DNA from: Adineta vaga
Lineage: Eukaryota > Animalia > Rotifera
Length of the DNA stretch: 64,000 nt
Direction of reading: 5' to 3'
NCBI GenBank assembly: GCA_021613535.1
Contig: CP075494.1
Span: 6,510,001 to 6,574,000, forward strand
Positions 1 to 12,900 of this stretch are shown here, one piece after another (positions within the stretch are counted from its first letter, which is position 1; each line of letters opens with the position of its first letter). Both the position numbers and the translations under genes were made by a program. A model generated the notes under the pieces. It saw only the letters and a program-made list of their open reading frames with translations. It had not been told where the DNA came from and searched no databases.

Positions 1-292
1 ATTGTATAGTGCACTACTGTGTCAACTGTACAGAACGATGAAAAACTTCGCGGTTGTTTTAGCATTTTCTATTTGAAAAAAGAAATTTAAATAAAAATTT
101 ATTTAAATACAATCAATTTCAAATCATTGTTCTTTGTTATTTAAACACAAATGTCGTCGGATTATAGTAGAATTAATTCTTGTCTTTGTTCTTTTCAAAC
201 TTAGACATTCTCGAACGAATATTCTTCTATCATTCTCTTTCTTTTTGCTTCAGAATTTAAATTCAAACGGTCGATCAGTAACTAGATCAATA

Positions 293-1697
293 ATGGCACC
301 AAAAAAAGCAGCTAATACTAAAACAGCACCAGCGCCAACGGAAAACGAAACCGAATCCAAACAAATCCAAGTTCGTCTCCCATAATCAGTTCAATAATAT
401 ACGTATGAAATTTTTTTCTTTAGAAAAAACAAGATGAAGAAAACCAACAATCCACAGAAAATGAACAATTAAGTCCAAAGAAAGCTTCGACTGAATCGAA
501 GAAACCTGCAGTAAATTATTCTAGATTACTTTAAACTTCGAATTACATCTTTAAATATTATTCTTATTAGAGTAATAATAGAGCTGGTCGATCACGAAAG
601 AAATCAGAAGCTGAAAAACTTCAAGAAGAAGCATCTGGAGTAAATAGTTTTTCGATGAATAATTCTTTGACATTGTCTCATTAACTTTAGTTCATTGAAC
701 GTGTCAATAAAAAATCCGAAGTAGGTGATGAATCTACCGAAGAAGATAATGATGAAGAACAAGTATCGAAGAAGAAAACGAATACGACCTCAACTGAAGG
801 AAAACAAACAACAAAAGGTGCCGCTACTCGAGGTGGTAAACGTCAATTAGCAAAAAATATGCCAGTGCATGAAGAAGAAGATGACGAAGATGAAAAACCA
901 ACGACTGCAAAGGCTCCAGCAAAAGGTAGAGCTGCTGCTCAGAAGAATAAGAAAGCCGATGAAGATGAACAAAAAGATGCTGGTAAATACTTTCCAATCA
1001 ATCTCAACAACTACTTATTCAAAACTTTTTTTATAGGTACTGGCGAAGACGATGACGCTGAAAATGATGGTGGTGATTCATCAGATAAAAAGACCAAAAG
1101 TAAGCCAACTCGTAAGCAAGGTCAAAAGAATAAAGCTGAAGCTGAAATTGACAATGGTATGATTTCAATTCTATGATTTTCATTGAAAAAAAAAACTTCT
1201 TTTTCTTTTTGAAGAACAAAATGAAGAAACTGATACCAAAAAGAAAGCTACCACTGCTCGTAAAGGTAAAGCTACAGCGTCATCAAAAAAATCTGAAAAT
1301 GAAGAAACACCAGTAAATGATGATTTAAAATTATCGGAAGATGATGAACCATCGGATGATAAATCAAAAGGTGCAACAACGAAAAAAGGACCAACAAAAC
1401 GATCAGCACCAGCATCAGGGAAAAAAACAACATCAGCTGCATCCGCCAAAAAGAAAGGACAAAATGATGAACCTTTCGAAGATCGTACTAATGATGAAAA
1501 AAATGAAGATAACGAAAATAATACCGATGATGGTAAGTCAAATTGTTGATTAGTTTTGATAAAATGACCTCGTTTCTTTACTATTTACAGATGCTTCAGC
1601 TGCTAAACAAACAAAAAAAGGTCGTTCAGGTGATAAAGCTCCTGCATCAGCAAGTAAAACTGCAGGTCGTGGTGGTAAGAAAACCAAAGCAACATAA
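293..1697 (+). CDS. Multi-exon, highly charged (K/E/D/T/A-rich) intrinsically disordered protein, probably nuclear
   Basis: ATG 293 (MAPKKAANTKTAPAP). In-frame GT-AG introns at about 371-423, 511-570, 640-690, 983-1037 and further downstream. Ends ...AGRGGKKTKAT* (TAA 1695-1697). Almost no hydrophobic residues; family not recognised. Confidence 0.75.
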
Positions 1698-2070
1698 ACG
1701 AACAGAATCAAATCATAGTATAGTATTACTAACAATAATAGAATCGCTTTTCTTTTCTTTTATATGATCTATGTTATTAATTCTAGCTGTTCTTTCATTG
1801 TGATTGTACAAATCTAACTTTCTTATCATGTTGATTCTTCTCTAATAATCATACTCTTTATGTTCTTTCTCTCTCTTTCTCTCTTATATTTTTTTTTCAA
1901 CTTAATTGTGCTAATATTATTGATTAAAACATGTTAAACTTTACTATAAGCAACAGATATATATATATATATATTATCAATTAAAAATCAAACGTTCGAT
2001 TGTATGAAATTCTTTATTTTATTGAATATCATAAAGAAACTTCGTAAATGAAAAATTTTCTTTGGATTTT

Positions 2071-3123
2071 TTACCAATTAATATCGAATTTGATTGGAAG
2101 ATGATCACTAACATCCAAAGCTTCATCCAATGTCATGCCGTATTTTTCTTGAAGATAAACTGTTGTATTACTTTTTGGAACAATAGCATTGACGAAATTA
2201 TCACCATTGATAAGAATACGATCATAGGTGCATGTTTGACGTGTATTAGTTTTGACTTCATTGTTAATTACCCATGTGAAATCAACAAAATTAATTGTTC
2301 TAAATCAAAGAAAGTTTCAAACGATTGACTTTTTCTTCGATGATATTTACCGGAGTAATTGTTGACGTTTGGTAGAAATGTATGAACAATCAGCATTAAA
2401 ATCACCAACAATCAAAATAGGATGGTTAGTTTTCAAGCTTGGTTTATTAGCAGCTGTAGCACTTTCAACATTTTGATCTAAAGCTTCTTGGTGTGAAGTT
2501 GCTGTTTGATCAAAATATTGTGGATGTTTTTGAATGAAATCTTCAATAACGTAACGCATATCAAGTAATTCTTGGTAGGCAGCACTTGGTCGTAAATGAA
2601 CATCCATAATGGTGAATAATTTTACACCAGATTGACCGGGTTGTTTGACTTTGAATGTACCAACGAAACTAGAATAAGGAGAGAGTATAAAACTATTCTA
2701 GTTTCTTTCTTTCTTTTATCATAGAAATTCTTACGGTGGTCGTTCGAAATAGTCTTGTGGATCTTCATAGATATATGCATTGACAACTTCAAGACCTGAT
2801 TTACTTTCACGATTGAAGAAAATGTATTGTTCCTTTGTTGCTGAGCGACCAACACGAGGACTTAAGGTCATGGTATATGGTTCAGCTGAAACTTTATTGA
2901 GTTCTTCAAAAAGAACATATGGAGCTCTTAATGAAACATCACTAATTTCTTGGATGATAGCTAAATCGAAATCACTAATAATTTGAGCAACAGTATTGGT
3001 TAAATCAGCATTGGCAGCTTTTTTACTTCCATATTGATGTAAGTTGAATGAGCCAACGCGAACAGCTGAAGCATAGGTTGCAAGTGCAATAGCGAAGATA
3101 AGGAGATTGGAAACGAACTGCAT
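2071..3123 (-). CDS. DNASE1: Deoxyribonuclease I family endonuclease, secreted (3 exons)
   Basis: Signal peptide MQFVSNLLIFAIALATYASA, then GSFNL, IQEI, VGRSATKEQY, FERPP, DVH, GDFNADCSY, CTYDR and SDHLPIKF. These are DNase I signature motifs with catalytic E/H/D/H present. Confidence 0.93.
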
Positions 3124-3982
3124 TGTCGGTATAGTAAGACTTATTTCCAAGAGGGAATCTGTCTGATGAATGTTTCGTAATGAAATTTTACATGAGATTT
3201 TATTCTTCGGACATTTCGTTGGTGATTTAAAGGCTTTAATTTTAATTATATTAAGCACAGGTGAATAAGCAAAGAAGAAAAGCTTGTTTTTCTTGCAATC
3301 TTTCTCATTAAAATCAAGAATAATATTGACATGATCAAATTTCAAAGTTAATTTTCTTTTTTCTTCGATTTTGATTCGTCATAGACTCAAAAACACGAAA
3401 ACAGAAACCTTATAAATCACATCATTCGATCTAATCTACTTTTGAAATGTCCTTTCGACGAATAGTCGAGATTTCAGTACAAAATCAAATTCATCAAAAA
3501 ATATTCTGCAATATATATTGATTTATTTGCCAAGCCGCAGTATGAAAAACTTGATGTAACTCATAAGGAATGTTCAAATCTTTTTGAAGTTGTTTGACGA
3601 ACAATAAATTTCTTTCAAATCAATTCTTTATTATATCATCTTCTTTTTCACATCCGTAAAAATAGACAAGAGAGAGAGAGAGAAAAAACGTCCAAAATTC
3701 GTAGAAAAAAAAGAAGAAGATCGTATTCATGCATCGTGAAAAAATAGCTATAAAACAAAAGAGGAGGAGAAATATTGATTAGATATTTAACAATTAATCA
3801 AAAAAAGAAACATTTTTTCTTTGATTTATGTTTGATCAACAAAAAGAAAAGCATGCATGTCGTTCGTAGAATATTGACAACGAGAAAGAATAGTTTCTGT
3901 TTTTTTCAATTCTTTTTTGTTGCTTAATATTAAAAAGAAAATCAATGGGATAGAAAACAATGTGCAACACATCGAAGATCTT

Positions 3983-6900
3983 TTAGAAAAAGCCAAGCGG
4001 TTTTTTAATGTTTGTTTGTTTCCAATATGGCAAAGCATAGAATTCATCTTTAGTTAAATTAAATTCTTTCTAAAAAAAACCATTAAAATCAATTATTCTA
4101 CAATGAAAGTGAAAGTAAAAAGAAATATACTTGGAAATCAGCATCAGAAAGATAAAATTCAATTTTTGAAGGATCAACACCTGAACATAGAAGATTAGTT
4201 TCATTTCATTAATTTATTCAAAATTCAATACCTTCTGGCAATGGACGAGCTCGAAGTTCTTCAATACTATATTGCTCACGACATAATTGATTGAGTATAT
4301 CAATAACTGAATCTTTTTGATTGATTTTTTTACCTTCCTATATTCATTCGAATTGAGGAATAAAATAAACATGGCAATTCAAGAAACTTACTAATTGATT
4401 TTTTTGTCGAGCTTTAATATGTACATTCCATTTTGGAAATAAATTAATGAAATCAATTGGTTCTAAACCAGCATAAACAATTGAACAAGGTAAATCAATA
4501 GTTGATGAACCAGTTTTTGCTAAATATGAAGAAGTTTTTCTATTTAAAAAAATTGAAATATATTAGTTTACCTTTGTAGTAATTAATTGCAGTAAGAAAT
4601 GCACAACGACGTTCTGTAGTAAATCGAATATCTCTTGGACCACGTACTAATGCATTTGTATTCGAAAGTTGTGAACCATGTTCATGATCAGATTGATCAT
4701 TCCATCCTTGCCATATATATAATTCAGCATTTGTATCAATTAAACATAATGCTGGTTGATGAAGTTCATAGAGATCAGATTGAGTAAATGGAAATGCTGA
4801 GATATGATTCGGAGAACGAAGAGGATAAAGAAGTTCTTGAGCAACAAATGGACCATGAAGACTCGATAAATGAAAGATACGCATCGTTGATGCAAGTTTT
4901 GCAATGGATTGTACTAGCAAAAAAGAAAGTTGAAAATCTTGTTTTCAATTAATTAATTAATTTAGCTTACCATTTAATAATGAATAATATCTTCGTTGAT
5001 GATTTCGTTCATTCATTCCTTCCCAAAACAATTCAATTTCATCACCTTCTTGCATTTCAAAAAATTCAATATCTTCACTTTCACCATCGAAATGAAATTC
5101 TTCGGGACATCTAAATATATATATATATATATAAATGAGATACTAGAATATCAACCATATATTCCTACCGTTCACGCAATTTTATCACGGATTGATGAGC
5201 TAAAATTTGTTGTTCATCTGTTGTACCACAACCATGCCAAAGTAACATTAAATTTTCCTGATTATTGATTAATAAAAACGATGTTCGACTACGTAAATTC
5301 GCTGTAGTAATATACAATTCCCACCAATGTGTTTCTTCATGAAGTTCACCAAGAAAAACATATAGATGCCAATTGGATTTTGTTTCTTCCAATTGATTAT
5401 GTTTACCCATATGAATAGTTAATGTACCATCAAATAATTGTAAAAATGTTGGATCTTCATGTTCTTGTGTTACATGAATCTAATTGATATATAGATTAAA
5501 CTTATCAATTCAAATTAACGTTTTAAAACTTACATGTGGACCTTTTTCTTCATCGAAAAACGTGGTCATTAATGCTGAAATACCCTTTTCATTCGGATTT
5601 GTATTTGCACCTTGCCAGATCCAATAAGCAATTCGATTTCGACCTGTATCAGATTTTTGTGTGGATGATTTGCTATTTACTATTGCAACTAGTTTATATC
5701 TCCAACGAATAATATAAACCTCATCCGAATAGAATTGACCATAACTTGATTTCGGTACTTCATGTCGATCATTCTCACTTATATACCAAACATCCAATGA
5801 AATTGTTTGAACTTCGTGTCCACGCATTTCAACAGGATCAAACCAATGTTTTCCTCGACCTAAACTAGCTTGTTCAACAATTAAATTGACTGGAGTATCT
5901 GCTTTAGCCAGCATGTTCTTCTCATCAGCTGGTTTAAGTGTATCAAGAATCGATGGTGGCTAAAATGTACAATAAATCTATCTCATTTTTGTCAACATAA
6001 TCATGAATACATACACGTTGTGAAGACAGTGCTTTATTAGTATTATTTGTTGATTCATTGGTTGGTTTCAATTCTTGAAGATCATTTGGCCAATCATAAA
6101 ATTTTCCTTTAAACAATAATGTTTCCACATTCTGATTTTGTTTACCAAATATACACCATTCTGATCGAGTCGTACCGTGTGAAATAGATGGATCATATTG
6201 ATCTAAACAAAGAGTACACTTTCAATAGTATTCATTGTTGTCTAATAATTTACCATCAAATGGATCAAATGGATCGATAGGAGATTCACTATAATCGTAT
6301 GGATCATTCCATAATTGTTGTCCTAATTGTAAACCCATATTTCGTTTTGTTTTATCGGCAAATTTACCATTCCAAACATATAATTCGGCACCGAAATCAA
6401 ATACAAAAACTTCATTAGGATCAAGAATTTGAATTGATAATGAACGAAAACAGAAGTTCTCTAATGGCATCAATAAATCATTTTCTACTCGATAAACACG
6501 ATTTAATTCTGTAATATTTGTTTCATAGAAATTATCATCAGTGACTTCATTCATTGATTTATAATAATCAATTTCACCATGTAACATATCACGAAATTCT
6601 GCATGACTATCATCTTCTGTATCATCTTTAGCTTGATCTAAGATGAAATATTTGACTTCATTACGTAAACCAAAATCACGATGTTGTTTTAGATAATCAA
6701 TTATATCTGTTGTTCTTGCTTTTTCTAATGTATTTGCATAACGACCAAGCCAAGCAAAGACTTTCAATGGTGTTATTAATAGATAACAATCACCTTCATT
6801 GATTGATTCATAAACTGGATTAATCAAGCGTAATGAACATTGACGATGGCCTTTTATTAAGATAAGCATAGTTTCTTTGTAGGGTTCATAACCAAATTTA

Positions 6901-9900
6901 ACAACGGGTGATTGATCAACTTTACGTAAACTTATTTCTGCAAAATTTTCTGTTGCAGCAAGAGCAGCTAGAGCTTCCTGAGCTAAACCAGCATTTTCAC
7001 CAACTAGAAAGATAAGGACGATTAATTAGAACTAAATATGAAATAAGCTCGTCAAGTATTCTGCGCATGTCTATAGCAAACTTCAAGGATGATATCTGAT
7101 CTGTTCAGTTAAAGAAGAGAGTTAGATTTCTCTATGAAAGTTACCAAATATATCAAATTTCATATAACGATAAGAAACCTATTCCAATGATGCTATCATT
7201 AACCTTCTAGCTTGCATATTTAGTATTTTCTCGTACTTTGCGCTCGTTTTATTCGACGAACTTCTTGTTCTGATAGATCTGTACGAATTTCTGTATATTC
7301 CATTTCTGTTGGAACAGTAGCTTGAATTTGTCGAAGAGGATTTTTTGCTCCTTGTTGCTGACGACGTGGTGGTCGAGCACGTGGTGCTTGTGATTGTAAT
7401 CTTAATGAATTGTATATGAGAAAAAAATTGTATTATTTATCATAAAATCGACTTCATTCCTTACCGAACAGTATTTTCAGCAATTCGATTAAAATCATCA
7501 GTATTCAATTGAATCGATGATTCATTATTAAAATTTCTATTAACATCCGTAAAGAAATCATCCAGATGATTATCAGGTTTTAAAACAGCTACTGTATCAG
7601 ATTTTAATACCGAAACAACATTATTATTTGTTTTGGTTGATGCTAAAAAAAAGTCCTTATAAAAAACTCTGATCTTCATGATATATAAGACTTACTTGTA
7701 TTAGTGCTATTCTTTGTTGATATCGATGTTGTCTGATTGATATCCTTGGATTTAACAGTTGAGTCTACAGGAAAGAATAAAGATCATAATCAATTTTTTT
7801 CTTCTAACAATTACTTTTCTCATCATTCTGCACATCTTTTTCCATACATTGTCCCATAATACTCAAACTAGTCTGATCGTTAAAATGATAATGATGATAC
7901 TACCATGTGTATTCTATGACATATTTGAACAATGAAGAAACGCTAATCCATCTCTGTCTCCGACATTGTCAACAAATACGAATATATTTTATGTCATCTC
8001 TATTCGTCAAAATAGGTTAGATGTTCTTATCGATTAAGAAAGTCACAAATGAATTCGATAGAAAAGAAGAAAAAAAAGACTCTTTTTCTCGTTTATAATC
8101 GTTATGTAATCAGACTGAACATTTCTATTCAAATCAGTGGAAAATAAGAAGTAGCTAGCGGCATTGATAAAATAAATAACTAGTCGTCACTAATACAATG
8201 TCTTAGATTGATCAATGATTTAATTTGACTAGATTAAGATAAGTACGAACATCGATGATGATGTAAGACAGAAGTAATGGTTAATTAAACAACACTTACC
8301 AGCTTTAAGACGAACGACATCAACAGTTTTTGCACGTTTTTGTTCATCAGTATTCGTCTTTTTTGCAATGTATCTCTTTGTTGGAGTTTTACGTGTACTC
8401 TTATGTTCCTCTGTTGTTGTTGAAAGTTTTTCAGAAGATTTATGAGGTTTTATCAATTCAGGTTCACCAAGTATTTTGAATTGTTCCAATCTATGAAAGT
8501 CGTGTATGTATGAAAGATTTGAACTTTACGTAATATGATACGACATACCTTTTGCTCACCGGTATGATGATTTCTTGTTCTGGCGGTTCCGATTTATTTG
8601 GATCATCTAAACAATCGACGAAGAAAACTTCATTCAATGACCATTAATCGTATATAAAAGCATACCAAATGTATATTTATATTCATCATGCAAGTCCTTT
8701 TCGCGTGTCATAGATGGTGGTGCAAACAAATGATCATGCATAAGGTATTCATAGATTTCTGTGTATATATATATAACAAACAAATCAAACGTAAACGATT
8801 CATGCATATCATGATTATACATACCAGCATAAGGAACTGACAAATCTTTTGTACTTGATGTTGGAGTAAAATTAACTGCAGCTTGAACTTCTTCAGCAGT
8901 GATTGGCTAAAACAATAAATATATGATTGATTTTGATAATTCTGATTGAAAAAAAAAACTACTTGTGTAAGTCGACTTCGGTTCGGCTTTGCAACTGCTA
9001 ATGTTGGTGTTCCAATGATGTTTTTCGTTTTGAATAAACTCATTTTTTCTTTAAATGATAATTTCGAAATATCATCATCATATGTTTCATCGTCTATTTT
9101 TCTCGTTTCTGGTGGACTATCAGTTTTTTCTTGTGATTGAAGTCTATTCTCTTTTTCTAAACGTTGACTTTCGTCGCTAAGTCTTCTGACTGAAGGAGTC
9201 GGACTAAACGAGAAGAAATTTCATTTTTCTTTCTCTAAAATAAAATCAAGAAATTACTCTTCAGTTTTGAATGATTTCGATCGAGGTAAAGTACCACCAA
9301 GTTGTGTATCTTTTGTAAATGTTTCAAATAAACTTTTCTTATCCGCAACACTTTTCTTTTCATCAGTTCTAAATTGAATATGCAATTAATCATAAAAGAA
9401 AATTTCAACTTTTATTTTTACATACTCATTCGTCAGATCTCGTAATTCTTCATTTGAAAGTAAAACATTTAATCTTTCAATGGACATTTGTGCTCGATTA
9501 TCATTATTATGTTCAAAACTAATTGGCACATCAACAGAAAATGCTTTATTCAATTGGTGAATTTTTCGATCTGTTGGTGATGTTGGAGAATTATTATTAA
9601 CAACTGATACCAACTCATGATTACTCTTTGGAGCTGAACTTGATCGACTCATATGTGAATCTTCGTCATATGTATTTGCTTTTTGAATCGATCGTTTATA
9701 ATCTTCGACTTTTGAACGACTATTACGTTTTCGTACAATTTCAGAAATTCCTCGTTGTTTTTCAACTGGTAAATGAATTGAACGACTGGTTGCGGTTGAT
9801 GTTGATGAATCATTATTTTCATCAATTTGTTCGATCGATGTTTGAGTTGGTTTTTTCGAAGGAATTGTTTCAAAGGACATTTTACGTTCGGGTACAGGTT

Positions 9901-12900
9901 GATTTGGAGGGTAGGATAATTGATCGAAGATTTGTAAAGATACATCTTCGGATTGATATGGCTTATTTTGTACATCCATTGGACGAAGACGATCAAATGG
10001 ATTTATAACAGTCGTACTTGATAATGGCCGTACTGGTCGATTCATCAAAGAAGAATTCACTGAAAAGATAGAGGACATTATTGATTATGCGATATATTAA
10101 AAGAAAACATACTATCAATTGATTCATTGATATATAATTCTTGCTTTTGTACAGCTCTATCATCTCTATTCCGATGTGTTGGTGACCCTATTTACGAATA
10201 ATTTATTATTAAATAGGGTTTTATTCATAACCTTCTTACCATTGCTATGGATCATTTGATCTATGCTTATTTTTAGATCATCAACAGCATCATGAGATCT
10301 TTCATTCGATTTTGTTCCATTCAAATCAGATCGTTTTGTTTGTGGTGTATTTGAAGTTCGAGCATAGAATTGAGATTCGATGAAAGATGGTCCTGATTTA
10401 GATTGTTGTATAATATTTTCTCCTTCTTTTTCTTTATTGATAACTGGTGTTGATACAGTATTGTTTCTCGTCGAAGGAGTTGATTCAGCTGTTGAATATT
10501 TTTTTTCAGTTTTTGTTTCATTCTTTCGAACAGAATTTGTAATGCCAGTATGTGCACCACTACTACCCACGGTATGTTGTGATATAGCTGCTGGTATACC
10601 ATGTCGATGATCTCTTTCTGGTGTTGATGAATCTATACAAAACAAAAGAGAATGTTTTCCTATTCTATAAACTTGAAGGGTAACATAACACAGATCTATC
10701 AGTGTGTGAATGAAGAACAAGAATGATTGTTTAGGATTAGTATTAGGCAAAAAAGAAAGGAAAATAGATTGACGAAAATATCAAAAGGAAAGTGAACGAT
10801 GAAGAAAAGAGTTTCTGACCGGATATAATATGAATTAGTTTCTTCATCATTAGAGAAGAATTATTCGAAACATATGATGACACATGTTATAGACAATCTT
10901 TAGATTAATTCCTTTTCTTTTCCTTTATTTAGCCATATATAATAAGAAAACCAGAAAATCTTTTCTATAACTCTCTATTGCTTTTTTTTAGCTATTTGCC
11001 TTTCAATAACAGACATATGATTCCAACAAAAATGTATCAAGTTTTATGATCTCACTGGAAAAATAAATATTAATTGAATACTTCGCGTCTAAAACAAATA
11101 TAAGTAGATAGATCTCTTGTAGAGATAACACTAAAGACTAAATAACTTCTACTTCTTCTTCTTCTTCTTTACGGAATGATATTGTTGAAGGAAATCTGTA
11201 CTATACATTACACACCCGTCTATATCTATCAACTAATCCTATTTGACGACAAATAGATAGATACAAACAAGATACATACGAAGTAATGTTCCCTCAGATC
11301 TTGCGGTATTTTTTGAACTTGTACATAGCCTAGAAAAAAAGAAAACATCATATGAAAATTTGTTCAGTAATTTATCAAGGAAAAAGAACAAATGTTTGGG
11401 AATAATCGTATGATTAATGGATATCAAAATACATACCATGCTCCCATGATGGTTCAATTGTGATGAATGAGAAATTGTTTTATTCAAATGATATCTTTGA
11501 ACTTTTACTTCGTTCTATTATTTGAATAAATTAGACGAAAGATTGTAGTAATATACATACAACTATACGCATCAACATATGTTTGTTGGCCTATCAGTCA
11601 ACTGAATACAGGCAGTCAACAAAGAAAAAAAAACAATTATCGCAACTTAATTTAGATACTATTGATGCTAAGATATCTCTGTATAACAAAGAAAAAAAAC
11701 TAAAGAAAAGAAAGTAACATGATTATCAGAGAAAATATCTGAACATTCTCTTAATGTAGGCAATCCTATTTTGTTTCGTTGATTATATAAACCTCATTGT
11801 ATAGAATAGATATATATATATGTATATATACATGCTAGAAAAGATAAAGACGAAGAGGAAATAAGAAATAGCAACTTCTATATGTCGAGTTCCTTTTTTG
11901 ATAAACGCAATGCTTTCATATCTTCATGACGTAGTCGACGATAGTAGGTGGGGGGAACCAAACAGAAACGTCATTCAGATATATATATATATTTATGTAT
12001 ATAAAACATCTTTTCTTTTTTACTTTGCTCTCCCTCTCTGTCTATCCTTCTCTTTTTCTTTCTTTCTTTTTTTCTCTTCCTATTGTTGATGACTTTGTAT
12101 TATTCTTTCTATTACAGTTATACAATTGCTCAGAGTACCTCATTAAGCATTTCTTAACTAAACTTTCGACTTAGATGAACATTAGGGAGTACAATGATGA
12201 GATGAAGACTGGACAAAACAAAAGTGAAAAGTAATCTGACAATAATTATCACCTCTCGACGACGACGTCAAGCTGAGTTTATACACACAGTCAGCTTAAA
12301 TACACAGAATACTCCAACAGTTATAAATTAATCTTTACCATATTTCTTTATAATCTCAATGATTTTAAAGACTACTGGTTTATCAAATTTCTCAGAATAG
12401 TCTTTGTTGTATAACTAAATTGATTATTTAGCTTATCTAAATAAAGATTCTTTCACATACAAGGTTCTTGGTTTGTTTCATTTCTACAGACATCATTCTA
12501 TACAGATCATTGTAAAAAAAAAGCAATTAGCAAGAGCAATAGAAACATATTCATACAAGGTTTTGTATTCTTCTATGATGAACAGATGTATACATATATC
12601 GATGAATCGTAAGTATAAGTACGAAAGAAATACACATGCCACAAATAGAAGAACGTCGAGATCGATCAGGCCATTCCTTATTCGAAGACTCTTTCATTGT
12701 CTCTTATGTATCTTTGACAAGTTAAATATCAAATTGACATTGATTGATGCATACATTTTAACGGATGGTAATATTAGAATATACATATACATATACATAT
12801 ATATATCGAAAGGTAATACTTTTATTTCTGATTTATCCATCATCAAATTAGACCAAAGAATGGATTCATTCTTGAGTTCTAATAGTTATTCGAAAAATAA

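Noticed and set aside
3124-3345. 74-aa upstream extension of the DNase I ORF
   Set aside because: Starts at TTG; the ATG at 3123 directly begins a clean signal peptide.
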